A DNA stretch of 64,000 bases, taken from positions 85,514-149,513 of the forward strand of contig DATIHX010000003.1 in assembly GCA_035480235.1 (NCBI GenBank), read 5' to 3'. Position numbers and translations under genes: made by a program. The DNA comes from Candidatus Saccharimonadales bacterium. Lineage in GTDB: Bacteria > Patescibacteriota > UBA1384 > 2-12-FULL-50-11. Shown in pieces: positions 40,735 to 49,849 of the stretch; the stretch's first letter is position 1, and every line of letters begins with the position of its first letter. A model generated the notes under the pieces. The model saw only the letters and a list, made by a program, of their open reading frames with translations. It did no database searches and had not been told where the DNA came from.

Positions 40735-41490
40735 ATGGACGGTATTATCTCCGTAAAAAACTTGGTCAAAAACTACGACCAGGTGGCAGCAGTCGACGAT
40801 ATTTCGTTTCAGGTGCAGGAAGGGGAAATCTTCGGTCTGCTTGGCCCTAACGGCGCCGGCAAAACGACGACGCTCGAGATGATCGAGACGCTCCGCCAGC
40901 CAACCAGCGGCCTCATTACTATTGACGGCATCGACGCTGCCCAAAACCCCCAAGAAATTAAACGGCGGATCGGTATTCAACTGCAATCGAGCGGCTTTTA
41001 TCCTGGTCTCAATCTGGTAGAACTCTTAGAGATGTTTGCCATTATGTACGGCGTCACGGTTGACCCGGCCAAAATGCTGGAGGAATTTCAGCTCAAAGAC
41101 AAAGCCAAGGCGTTCTACGACAAAATGAGCGGCGGTCAAAAGCAGCGTTTTTCGCTCTGTACCACCCTCATTAACCAGCCGCGGATTATTTTCCTCGACG
41201 AGCCAACCACCGGTTTGGATCCGCAAGCTCGGGTCAATCTGTGGGGCGTTATTCAAGAGATTAAGAAAAAAGGGGTGACAGTAGTAATTACCACCCACTA
41301 TATGGACGAAGCCGAGCAGCTTTGCGATCGGCTGGCGATTATGGATCACGGCAAAATCATTAGCGAAGGGACGCCGGTCGAGTTAATTGACCAACTTTTG
41401 AAATCTGGTTTTCAACGCCACACCGAAGTGCGGGCAGCCACCCTAGAAGATGTTTTTCTGAATTTAACGGGAAGGAGAATTCGTGAGTAA
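40735..41490 (+). CDS. ABC transporter ATP-binding protein (ABC-2/DrrA-like)
   Basis: Walker A GPNGAGKTT, signature MSGGQKQR, and Walker B IIFLDEPTTGLD. The start at 40735 (MDGIISVKNL) is preferred over 40723. Confidence 0.9.
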   Translation: MDGIISVKNLVKNYDQVAAVDDISFQVQEGEIFGLLGPNGAGKTTTLEMIETLRQPTSGLITIDGIDAAQNPQEIKRRIGIQLQSSGFYPGLNLVELLEMFAIMYGVTVDPAKMLEEFQLKDKAKAFYDKMSGGQKQRFSLCTTLINQPRIIFLDEPTTGLDPQARVNLWGVIQEIKKKGVTVVITTHYMDEAEQLCDRLAIMDHGKIISEGTPVELIDQLLKSGFQRHTEVRAATLEDVFLNLTGRRIRE

Positions 41491-42616
41491 TATCGCGCCG
41501 CCTAATAACAACGAATCACGCTTTAATCAGGCGCCCAGCCAGCTGCTAATCGCCTGGGGCTTAACCAAATACGCGCTGAAGGCGACGCTCCGCAATCGCT
41601 CCAGCTTAGTCTTTAGCCTGATTTTCCCATTGGTTTTCGTGGCAATTTTCGGCTCGATCGGCAACGGCGGCGGTAAAATTTCGCTCGGTGTTCTGGATAG
41701 CCTCAATAAAAATCAACCAATCTACGCGGCGATCCAAACGATTGCCAGCCAAAGCAATGCGCCGGTCAAAATCGTCAGCGACTCGGAAGCTAACCTCAAA
41801 ACCCAACTTAACCAAAGCAAAATCGGCGCCATTTTAGAGCCGGGAGCGAGCGCTACTTCGCTGAAGGTTGTCACTTCTACCGCTAACCCGCAAGGCGGCG
41901 CTTCGGCCCAGACTTTTTTGAACGGAATATTGAGCCAGTTGAACTTACGAGCCGCCGGGGTAACAAAACCAACATTCACCGTGATAAACCAAGACGTGGC
42001 TGGCAGACAATACCGCTACATTGATTTCGCCTTGCCCGGCCAAATCGGCTTCTCACTTATCTCGATCGCCACCTTTGGTATCGCCTTCCCGCTGATTACG
42101 TTGCGCAAAACCTTGGTTTTAAAGCGGATTTTCGCCACCGCTGCCAAACCGATTACTTTTGTGGTCTCGCAGTGCTTGGCCCGGTCGGTGCAGGCGATGC
42201 TCCAGGCGGCCGTCATTTTGGGTGTTGGCATTTGGGGCTTCCACTTTACCTTGGCCCACGGCTGGGTGACGGGGGTTGAGCTCTTCGTCTTGTCGTTCTT
42301 GGCGGTGCTAGCCTTCCTGGGTTTTGGAATTTTGATCGGCAATATTGCTCGAGACGAGCAAAGCCTGCCAATCGCCATCAACCTTTTCAACCTGCCGCAG
42401 ATATTGCTGGCCGGCGTCTTCTTCCCCATCGACACGCTGCCCCACTGGGTGCAAGTGATCGGCAATAATTTGCCGCTCGCCTACTTAACCACCGCTTTGC
42501 GGAAAGTCGCTAACGACGGCGCCTCGCTCGTTACCGTTTGGCCGTATATTTTGGGGATCGTCGCTTGGGGCGTGGCGGCGTATCTTATCGCCAGCCGGAT
42601 TTTCAAAAGCGAGTAA
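41483..42616 (+). CDS. ABC-2 type transporter permease
   Basis: One N-terminal TM helix, a large loop, then five or six C-terminal TM helices. It overlaps the ATPase gene by 8 nt. Confidence 0.8.
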   Translation: MSNIAPPNNNESRFNQAPSQLLIAWGLTKYALKATLRNRSSLVFSLIFPLVFVAIFGSIGNGGGKISLGVLDSLNKNQPIYAAIQTIASQSNAPVKIVSDSEANLKTQLNQSKIGAILEPGASATSLKVVTSTANPQGGASAQTFLNGILSQLNLRAAGVTKPTFTVINQDVAGRQYRYIDFALPGQIGFSLISIATFGIAFPLITLRKTLVLKRIFATAAKPITFVVSQCLARSVQAMLQAAVILGVGIWGFHFTLAHGWVTGVELFVLSFLAVLAFLGFGILIGNIARDEQSLPIAINLFNLPQILLAGVFFPIDTLPHWVQVIGNNLPLAYLTTALRKVANDGASLVTVWPYILGIVAWGVAAYLIASRIFKSE

Positions 42617-42645
42617 AAAAAGCCCGATCTTTTCGGGCTAAAAAG
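42615..42645. terminator. Bidirectional hairpin terminator
   Basis: AGCCCG-atctttt-CGGGCT flanked by A-runs. Confidence 0.6.
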
Positions 42646-42994
42646 TAGTTTTGACCAGCCGCCAGATCAGGAAGGTTTTGTAAAATTTCCTGATTATCAA
42701 GCGCGAATCGGTACAGCCGAAGACTTGATACCCGACGTAGATAAACTCGTTATTGGCCGGCGACGGCGTCTGAAGTGATCCAAGCAAATCTTCGCCACCA
42801 TAGCGGATATCAGCCGTGGCAACGCCCATGCAAATCCTAAGATAGCGCGCGGCGACGGCTAGTGCGTGCCGAGCCGAGCGGTAGCTGTGCCACTCCACAT
42901 AACGGCCGAGCTCGTAATCCCAAAACGTCAGGGTGTAGCGAGTAATCGGCAGATTTTTTTCGTAGTCTTCAAGCTGTTGGTCCAATCCGACCAC
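42638..42994 (-). CDS. Hypothetical protein (118 aa)
   Basis: ORF only. No motif recognised. Confidence 0.4.
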   Translation of the reverse strand: MVGLDQQLEDYEKNLPITRYTLTFWDYELGRYVEWHSYRSARHALAVAARYLRICMGVATADIRYGGEDLLGSLQTPSPANNEFIYVGYQVFGCTDSRLIIRKFYKTFLIWRLVKTTF

Positions 42995-43041
42995 CTCCTG
43001 TGCAAACTGTCAGCCAGTGTAACAAGGCTAAGCGCCGATGT

Positions 43042-43626
43042 CTAGATGGATGCTTTTTTGCTCTGCCAAGCCGCCAAACCAAAGCCGGCGCTGGCAGCAA
43101 CAAAACCAAGTATCCAGGCGAGTAGGACGGTTTGGTCAAGGGCTCGCTCGCGTTTTTCGGTCTCTTCCAGACTCCGGGCAGCTAAAACATAGCCGTGGTT
43201 TTCACCATGGTAGTAATTCACTACGGCAGCAAAACGTAATTTTGGTTCGGGCTGCCAAGTGAAATGGGCGGTGCCGCGACTTTTAGCAAAGGCGAAAACG
43301 CCAGCCGGCAGTTTCGGCAGATGATTATTAATTTGGCCGACCGCTGCCAGGTTTTGGACGCCGGGCAAGCAGAAATTAACGGCGTTGCCCTGCTCGTCGA
43401 AAACGTCCACAAACGGCGCCTGGGTAGTAGCGATGTCGGTGGGCTCGAAATGGTTGCAACTCACCACGGCGTTTTTCAGTTGGTTGCCCAAATCTTCGGC
43501 CAGTTGGATTTGCGGGTCGTTGGCTGTTTGCCGGTAATTTTGTTGAACGGTTAGGTCCACCAGCATCGCCCCGCCGGTGATGAGCACCATCGCCGTCAGC
43601 CAGAGCCAGAAAAAGCTTTTAATCAT
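43042..43626 (-). CDS. Membrane-anchored hypothetical protein (N- and C-terminal TM helices)
   Basis: Hydrophobic segments FFWLWLTAMVLITGGAMLV and VLLAWILGFVAASAGFGLAAW. Confidence 0.5.
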   Translation of the reverse strand: MIKSFFWLWLTAMVLITGGAMLVDLTVQQNYRQTANDPQIQLAEDLGNQLKNAVVSCNHFEPTDIATTQAPFVDVFDEQGNAVNFCLPGVQNLAAVGQINNHLPKLPAGVFAFAKSRGTAHFTWQPEPKLRFAAVVNYYHGENHGYVLAARSLEETEKRERALDQTVLLAWILGFVAASAGFGLAAWQSKKASI

Positions 43627-43682
43627 AGGTTACTTATACTAAAAAACCCGGCCTTTGTCAGCCGAGTTTTTTAGTTCGCCGG

Positions 43683-43922
43683 TTATTTTGATTCGGGTTT
43701 TGTGACCAAAAGGTAAATCAGCGGGAAGATACCAGCGGTGTTGATCACCAGCAGTAATGTGAACCAGATGGGCTGCTTCAACATGGCGGCCCGCCAGAGG
43801 GCTAAGCCTTTCAAGACTACGTCAACAATCAGGAAAAGACCAACGAGCAGGGACAAGGTTTCAACTCGCCCGCTACCGCTGCCGGCCCAAACACCAAAAA
43901 TCGGGTAGCCGTGCAAGAACAT
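43683..43922 (-). CDS. Small membrane protein (DUF5652-like, tentative)
   Basis: Two TM helices. The pattern …LKGLALWRAA…KQPIWFTLLLVINTAGIFPLIYL is typical of small CPR membrane proteins. Confidence 0.5.
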   Translation of the reverse strand: MFLHGYPIFGVWAGSGSGRVETLSLLVGLFLIVDVVLKGLALWRAAMLKQPIWFTLLLVINTAGIFPLIYLLVTKPESK

Positions 43923-43924
43923 GT

Positions 43925-44266
43925 TTAGGCCGCGTCGGCCATCGGGGCAGCGCCACCATCAGCGTGGTCGGTGTGCTCTTTGCGCGGGCGGGCAAAGTCA
44001 ACGGCGATTTTGCGGCCGTCAACGTCGCTACCGTTCAGTTCTTGAGCGCATTTTTGGGCCATCTCGGCGTCGGCTAACGTTACAAAACCATAGCCTTTAC
44101 TTCTAGGGCCGAACCGACCGTTTTTATCCATGACGATAACGGCGTCGGTGACGCTGTTTTCGCCAGCTACTTTTTCAAACATCGCCTTTAAATCGGCGTC
44201 GGTCATCGCAAACGGCAAATTGCCCACGAACAACCGGTTGTTTTCTACGTTTGTATTCTCTTCCAT
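43925..44266 (-). CDS. RNA-binding protein with an RRM domain
   Basis: RNP-2 LFVGNLPF and RNP-1 KGYGFVTL. Confidence 0.85.
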   Translation of the reverse strand: MEENTNVENNRLFVGNLPFAMTDADLKAMFEKVAGENSVTDAVIVMDKNGRFGPRSKGYGFVTLADAEMAQKCAQELNGSDVDGRKIAVDFARPRKEHTDHADGGAAPMADAA

Positions 44267-44411
44267 GCTTCCTGACAAACCTTTCTTTCCTTAGCCTATA
44301 CTTCGTACGTGAGTGAGTTCGAATCTCCCTCAGACTTGAGAATAGTGTAGCAGAGGCGTCAAGCGCTTGCCAAGAGTTTTAACTGGAGTATGGTGAGGAA
44401 AAGGAGGTTTG

Positions 44412-44552
44412 ATGGAAGATAAGAAAATGTGTGATTGTTCGGGTTGCGCGGTTCACGAAGAGAACGCTGGTCCGGAAGCGATGTGCACTTGCCCGGTTGG
44501 CGAGAAGGAGTGCAATTGCGATATGTGCCTGCCCAAACGGGCGGCCGCTTAA
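44412..44552 (+). CDS. Small cysteine-rich protein (46 aa, 8 Cys), metallothionein-like; not in the supplied ORF track
   Basis: AAGGAGGT lies 4 nt upstream of the ATG. The sequence is MEDKKMCDCSGCAVHEENAGPEAMCTCPVGEKECNCDMCLPKRAAA, with CxCxxC twice plus CxC. Confidence 0.55.
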   Translation: MEDKKMCDCSGCAVHEENAGPEAMCTCPVGEKECNCDMCLPKRAAA

Positions 44553-44566
44553 GTAATTTGTTCAAC

Positions 44567-44583
44567 TCCCCTACAATAGGGGA
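44567..44583 (+). promoter_or_regulatory. Hairpin abutting the GT4 start codon
   Basis: TCCCCTA-caa-TAGGGGA ends one base before the ATG at 44584 and contains the only SD-like purines (GGGGA). Confidence 0.4.
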
Positions 44584-45765
44584 ATGCGGATTATCCTTGG
44601 TACGATGTCGTACCCACCCCAGGTTTCTGGGGTGGCCGTGTTTGTGCGCCAACTCAGTGAGTTTTTGGCTGAAGCCGGCCACGAAGTCCATATCGTCGCG
44701 CCAGCCAACCAGTTAAAAAGCTTCACCGAGCGGCGAGGAGAAATTATTATCCATCGTTTGCGAGCGTGGCAGAATCCGCTACGACGGGGTTTTTATATCC
44801 CGCTTTTTGTTAAGAAACAGGCCGAAGCCTTAATTCGGGAGATTCAGCCCGACGTCATTCACGTTAACGATCCGTTGGCGATGAGCCGGTACCTGCAACG
44901 AGCTGGCCGAAAAATCGGTGTGCCAACGGTGGTATCGAACCACTTTTTAATGGATTACATCTTGGCCTATTTCCCGAAATTTCTCCGCCGGCTGCTTGCC
45001 CATTACCTAAGAAATTGGATGAATTATTTTTACAACGAATGTGATGTGGTGGTAGCGCCGAGCCAATCGGCGGTCGAGGCGTTGAAACGGCTGGGTACCA
45101 CGGCGCCGCTGGTAGCGCTCTCCAACGGTGTCGACCTCCACCGCTTTTTTGTCTATTCGCCTTTGGAAGAAATTCGGGCGAAGTTCAGCATCCCCCACCG
45201 GCCGATTGTTTTATACGTCGGCCGAGTTGACCCGGATAAATCGGTTAACGTGCTCATCCAGGCTTTCCAGCAACTGCTCGCTCGCCGGCCGGCCCAACTA
45301 GTGTTGGTGGGCGGCGGCACTAAGGCCGCCGCGATAATGAAAGATGCCCGCCAGCGGTTGGGCGAATTTGTGACGTTTACCGGTCCGGTTGCCCACGAGT
45401 CCGAAGATTTAGTGGCGTTGTACCAGCTTTGCGATATTTTTTGCATGCCGTCATCGATTGAGACCCAAAGCATTAGTACGCTGGAAGCCATGGCTGCCGG
45501 TAAGCCGATAGTGGCCGCTGACGGCGGTGCTTTGCCTGAACTGGTTCAGAATCATCAGAATGGCCTCTTATTTGCCCCAGGCGACGCGATGGCGCTGGGG
45601 GCACTCTTAGAGGAAGTGCTGGCTAATCCGGCCGAACAAGAGCACTTTGGGGCGGTCAGTTTAGAGCGGATCGCTCATCACGAGCTGGAACGAAGCCTCG
45701 GTTTGTATGTTACACTCTACCTTGAATGCCGCGAAAAATCGTTGTTGGAACCGTTATCGCCGTAA
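44584..45765 (+). CDS. Glycosyltransferase family 4 (GT-B)
   Basis: N-terminus MRIILGTMSYPPQVSGVAVFV…, C-terminal …PSSIETQSISTLEAMAAGKPIVAADGGALPELV… (EX7E region). Confidence 0.85.
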   Translation: MRIILGTMSYPPQVSGVAVFVRQLSEFLAEAGHEVHIVAPANQLKSFTERRGEIIIHRLRAWQNPLRRGFYIPLFVKKQAEALIREIQPDVIHVNDPLAMSRYLQRAGRKIGVPTVVSNHFLMDYILAYFPKFLRRLLAHYLRNWMNYFYNECDVVVAPSQSAVEALKRLGTTAPLVALSNGVDLHRFFVYSPLEEIRAKFSIPHRPIVLYVGRVDPDKSVNVLIQAFQQLLARRPAQLVLVGGGTKAAAIMKDARQRLGEFVTFTGPVAHESEDLVALYQLCDIFCMPSSIETQSISTLEAMAAGKPIVAADGGALPELVQNHQNGLLFAPGDAMALGALLEEVLANPAEQEHFGAVSLERIAHHELERSLGLYVTLYLECREKSLLEPLSP

Positions 45766-46523
45766 TCATTGGGTTGGCTCTAGGCTTCTCCTATTACGTC
45801 AGCCAAATTAACGCCTTGCCGCAATCCAGCTATTCAATTTTCGACCCGCTTCCTTCGCCAACACCCGCTGACCGAATTCTGGTGGTGGCGCCGCACCAAG
45901 ACGACGAGACGATCGGCGTCGGCGGTTATATCATCGAAGCCGTTCGAGCCGGCGCCACGGTGGAGGTGATTTTTGCCACTAACGGCAATAAACATGGCTT
46001 GAAACTGGCGCGCGAAAATGAGGCGGAAAATGCCTTAAAAACGCTCGGTGTGCCAAAAGCCAGAATTATTTTTGACAACTTTCCGGACGGCGATTTGAGT
46101 AGCCAAAAAAGTTTTCGGCCGGAAATAAAAAGCCAAATTGACGTCTACCGCCCGACCAAAGTCTTTACTACCTTGCCAGAAGATCTTCACCCCGATCACG
46201 CCGCCTGCGGCCAAGCGGTGGCGGCGATTGTTAAGGAGGAGCCTGGCGCTTTCACACCGGAATTTTTCCTGGTTCATTACCATCGTTACCCGCGGCCGAT
46301 CGGTGACGACGCCTCTAATTCCTACCTGCTACCGCCGCCAGCGCTTCTCAAAAGTAACTACGATTGGCAAGTCAGCCCGCTAACGGCGGCTGAGCAGAAC
46401 CAAAAAAATCAGGCCTTGAAACAGTACAAGACCCAAACGTCGGACATTAACCCGGTCTTAAAACAACTCGTCCTGTCGTTCGACCAAAAAAACGAACTCT
46501 TCGCCACCCCCGAATCGCCATGA
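45726..46523 (+). CDS. PIG-L/LmbE-family N-acetylglucosaminyl deacetylase, membrane-anchored
   Basis: N-terminal TM helix, then VVAPHQDDETIGVGG (the PIG-L signature) and …HPDH…. Confidence 0.8.
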   Translation: MPRKIVVGTVIAVIIGLALGFSYYVSQINALPQSSYSIFDPLPSPTPADRILVVAPHQDDETIGVGGYIIEAVRAGATVEVIFATNGNKHGLKLARENEAENALKTLGVPKARIIFDNFPDGDLSSQKSFRPEIKSQIDVYRPTKVFTTLPEDLHPDHAACGQAVAAIVKEEPGAFTPEFFLVHYHRYPRPIGDDASNSYLLPPPALLKSNYDWQVSPLTAAEQNQKNQALKQYKTQTSDINPVLKQLVLSFDQKNELFATPESP

Positions 46524-47125
46524 GCTTCCATGGCTTCGGTTTCTTTTTTCATCTGATCGCCCGCTTTGGTTTGCCGAGTATTTTTATCTCCCATGTTATT
46601 GAAAATATCGGCATTCCGTTTCCCACCGAAGGCGCGTTTTTGGTCAGCCAGCGGTTAATCGAAACGGGCCGCTACAGCTTTTGGTTCATGTACGCTTTTA
46701 TGGTCTTGGCCCAGGTGACCGGCGCAGTGTTGGCCTACTTTTTGGGCCGGGAAATTGATGGCTGGCTGAGCGCCCGCTTGAAAAACCACGAGGGCTACCA
46801 AAAAGCTCATGCGGCGATGCACCGATGGTATGAAAAATTTGGGTCGGTCACCGTGCTGGCGACGCGGCTGATCGGTTACGTTCGGCCCTGGTCATCGCTC
46901 GTTGCCGGCGCGGCCGAGTTTCCGTTTTGGCCGTTTTTACTCTGGACCGTTGTTGGCTCGGCCCTGTTCGTCTACCCAACGATGAAACTAACTTCGGTCG
47001 TCTTCTTGCTCTGGCGCCGTTCGCCGCTATTGCACTTACTCATCAGTCTCGCCTTTCTGCTCAGCTTCGGCGCCTTGCTTATTTACGGCGTCGTCCGTCG
47101 CCGGATGAAGAAATCCAACAAATAA
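46520..47125 (+). CDS. DedA/SNARE-associated family membrane protein
   Basis: Polytopic protein of about 200 aa. …ENIGIPFPTEGAFLV… is a DedA-like N-terminal motif. It has a 4-nt overlap with the upstream gene. Confidence 0.55.
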   Translation: MSFHGFGFFFHLIARFGLPSIFISHVIENIGIPFPTEGAFLVSQRLIETGRYSFWFMYAFMVLAQVTGAVLAYFLGREIDGWLSARLKNHEGYQKAHAAMHRWYEKFGSVTVLATRLIGYVRPWSSLVAGAAEFPFWPFLLWTVVGSALFVYPTMKLTSVVFLLWRRSPLLHLLISLAFLLSFGALLIYGVVRRRMKKSNK

Positions 47126-47184
47126 TTTAGTTGCTAAAAAGTTTTATATCTTTTAGACTCGGGCCAGTACCTTAGGAGAAAATA

Positions 47185-47778
47185 ATGGCCGAAAAGATTG
47201 ACTGCCGAAGTTGGCTTAACCGGCCGACTGAGCTAGCTGACAAAGAATCTATTTATGAGGCATATAACGCCGATCGTTTTGGTAATGCTATGCGGCGCTG
47301 GAACAGCGTCGAGGAATTCTTGGCATCAGATTATCAAGATCCCGTGGTTATGCGCTACCAGCTTCGGCCGGGCCGGCTTTTCCCCCTTTACGGAGCTATC
47401 ATTACTCGCGATCAAGTCGAGGCGATGGCGGCGGAATGGCGAAAGTTGGGGGCAGATCCAGCACTGATTCGCTTAAATGAAGGAGTTGGCTCGGTCGTCT
47501 TTCAGGGCGAATTGATGCGGGATCACCTCTTCCTATCACTTCGCTATAGCTTGGTGGACAAGCCGATGCGTTTGGCCTTAGAAGAGGCCGAACAATACGC
47601 TTGCGGTTTGCAGGCTAAGCATCTGCTAGAGCGTTACCTCTGCCCAAACAGCCTGGCCGATCTTTGGGAATTGTTTGATCGTTACGACGACGCAATTATC
47701 GAATTCTCAACGTTCACAAGCGATGTCGGCCTCTGTCCGCGCCGAAACACTATCATGTGGGAAGTTCGGCGCAATTAA
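47185..47778 (+). CDS. Hypothetical protein (197 aa)
   Basis: AGGAG SD. No motif recognised. Confidence 0.5.
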   Translation: MAEKIDCRSWLNRPTELADKESIYEAYNADRFGNAMRRWNSVEEFLASDYQDPVVMRYQLRPGRLFPLYGAIITRDQVEAMAAEWRKLGADPALIRLNEGVGSVVFQGELMRDHLFLSLRYSLVDKPMRLALEEAEQYACGLQAKHLLERYLCPNSLADLWELFDRYDDAIIEFSTFTSDVGLCPRRNTIMWEVRRN

Positions 47779-47844
47779 CCTGGCTGCCAAACTCTTGGCA
47801 GCTTTTTCTTGACAGAAATAAATATGATTCGTATGATTTAATTA

Positions 47845-48090
47845 ATGTTTCATAAACACTTTTTTGGTTCGACGACGGTGGGTGAACGCGGGCAAGTAGT
47901 GATCCCGGCTGAGGCCCGAGAAAAATTTAATATCAAAGCCGGCGAAAAAATGTTGGTTTTCGGCGCGCCGCACGGCGAGGCGATTGTCATCGTCAAAGCC
48001 GAAAAGTTCAAAGTAAAGTTTGATACGATGTTAGCTGATATGCGCGAATTTAGTGAAGCCGTCCAAAAAGACGAACCGACTAAATCATAA
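47845..48090 (+). CDS. AbrB/MazE/SpoVT-family DNA-binding protein
   Basis: TVGERGQVVIPAEAREKFNIKAGEKMLVF is a swapped-hairpin (AbrB) motif. Confidence 0.75.
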   Translation: MFHKHFFGSTTVGERGQVVIPAEAREKFNIKAGEKMLVFGAPHGEAIVIVKAEKFKVKFDTMLADMREFSEAVQKDEPTKS

Positions 48091-48112
48091 TTTTTTAGTT
48101 TCAGGAGGATCC

Positions 48113-49813
48113 ATGCCCGACAACACAACTGCTGCCACCACTACTTTTATCCCCACCGCCACCGCCACCGAAACCGCTAAACCGGCTAATTTCAAAAAAT
48201 GGGGGACACTGGTGGTTCTAAGCCTGGCGCTGGCCATTATCATTATCGACACCACTATTTTGAACGTCTCGCTCGGCACGATTATCCGCGAGTTCAAAAC
48301 AACAATTCAAAACATCCAATGGGTGATCACTGCCTACTCTCTTACCTTGGCGGCGCTGACGATTACCGGCGGCCGACTGGGTGATTTTTTCGGGCGCAAA
48401 AGAATGTTCATGCTCGGCGCCATCATTTTTGCTATCGGCTCAACTATTACTTCGTTTTCCCACAACGTCCCGACGATGATTTGGGGCGAAGCGATTATCG
48501 AAGGCATCGGCGCGGCCTTGATGATGCCAGCCACCGCCTCGCTCTTAGTGACCACTTTTAAAGGCCGCGAACGGGCGATCGCTTTTGGTGTTTGGGGCGG
48601 TATCGCCGCCGCTTCCTCGGCCGTCGGGCCGGTCCTGGGCGGTTGGCTAACCACCCACTACTCCTGGCGCTGGGCGTTTCGGGTTAATATTTTTGTGGCG
48701 CTGTTGCTGTTAGTTGGCTCCATTATTATTGCTGAGGCCCGCGACAGCGCTGAAAAACCCCAGCTCGATTGGCTCGGCGTTTTCTTATCGGCGACGGGCT
48801 TGCTGGCTCTAGTGTTCGGCATCATCGAGGCTTCCCAGTACGGCTGGTGGCTGGCCAAACAAACCTTTGTCGCCTTCGGCAGCACCGTTAGCTTTGGCCA
48901 CTTGTCGGTGACGGTGCCGGCCTTACTCCTCGGCGCAATCCTCCTAACTCTGTTTGTTTGGTGGGAAGCGACCGCCGAAAAAAACGGCCGGACGCCGCTC
49001 GTTTCGCTGGAGCTTTTCAAAAACCGTCAGTTTATTTCCGGCGCCGTCACCACTGCCGTGATGATGCTGGGGATGAGCGGCCTGATTTTTTCGCTGCCGG
49101 TTTTCTTGCAATCGGTTCGGCAGCTTGACGCCTTCCACACCGGCCTGGCGCTGTTGCCGTTGTCGTTTGCCGTCATGATTGTGGCGCCGCTGGCCGCCGC
49201 CCTCAGCCACCGTTTCAACCCGAAATATTTAATTCAGGCTGGTTTAGTTTTGAACGGCCTGGGCTACTTAGTGATGAACCGGATGATAAATGTGGACGCC
49301 ACCGTCGCCACTTTTGCGCCGGGCTTAGTTTTGTTTGGCGCTGGCATGGGTTTGGTAATGAGCCAAATTAACAACCTGACGCTCTCGGCCGTTTCGGTGC
49401 AAGAGGCCGGCGAAGCCAGCGGCGTTAACAACACCTTGCGCCAACTCGGCTCCACTTTGGGCTCGGCCATTATTGGCTCGGTCTTACTAACGGCGCTGGC
49501 CACTAACTTAGTGGGCGGCGTGGCTAAAAGCCAAAAGATTCCGACGGCGTTAAAGCCAGCGATTAGCCAGCAAGTGGCGACCCAAACCTCCAACGTCGAA
49601 TTCTCCGGCGGCGCCCAAATTTCCGGCTCGTCTTCGCCAGCCATCCGCCAAGAAATCGTCGCCATTAGCCACCAAGCGACCGTTGACGCTAATAAGAAAA
49701 CCCTGGCCTTCGGTGTGCTCTTCTCACTTCTTGGCCTACTAGTTTCCATCTCGCTGCCAAAGATCAAAAACGAACACGTTGAACGCGAAGAGTCGGCTGC
49801 GACCGGGCATTAA
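48113..49813 (+). CDS. MFS transporter, DHA2 (EmrB/QacA-like, about 14 TMS)
   Basis: AGGAGGA lies 4 nt upstream of the ATG at 48113. …LTITGGRLGDFFGRKRMF… is MFS motif A, and there are many TM helices. Confidence 0.85.
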   Translation: MPDNTTAATTTFIPTATATETAKPANFKKWGTLVVLSLALAIIIIDTTILNVSLGTIIREFKTTIQNIQWVITAYSLTLAALTITGGRLGDFFGRKRMFMLGAIIFAIGSTITSFSHNVPTMIWGEAIIEGIGAALMMPATASLLVTTFKGRERAIAFGVWGGIAAASSAVGPVLGGWLTTHYSWRWAFRVNIFVALLLLVGSIIIAEARDSAEKPQLDWLGVFLSATGLLALVFGIIEASQYGWWLAKQTFVAFGSTVSFGHLSVTVPALLLGAILLTLFVWWEATAEKNGRTPLVSLELFKNRQFISGAVTTAVMMLGMSGLIFSLPVFLQSVRQLDAFHTGLALLPLSFAVMIVAPLAAALSHRFNPKYLIQAGLVLNGLGYLVMNRMINVDATVATFAPGLVLFGAGMGLVMSQINNLTLSAVSVQEAGEASGVNNTLRQLGSTLGSAIIGSVLLTALATNLVGGVAKSQKIPTALKPAISQQVATQTSNVEFSGGAQISGSSSPAIRQEIVAISHQATVDANKKTLAFGVLFSLLGLLVSISLPKIKNEHVEREESAATGH

Positions 49814-49849
49814 AAAAACCGCCCAGCGTTGCTGAGCGGCGAAGGGATT

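Noticed and set aside
44313-44330. tRNA T-loop-like motif GTGAGTTCGAATCTCCCTC, a possible tRNA fragment or att-site remnant.
   Set aside because: No acceptor, D or anticodon arms can be drawn around it, the T-stem has a mismatch, and it lies in the 5' region of the RRM gene. It is probably chance similarity.
44359-44716. ORFs 44435..44716 (+, 93 aa) and 44359..44691 (-, 110 aa).
   Set aside because: Both overlap the well-supported GT4 start and the SD-preceded Cys-rich ORF, and both translate to low-complexity Arg/Ser/Pro sequence. I treat them as frame shadows.
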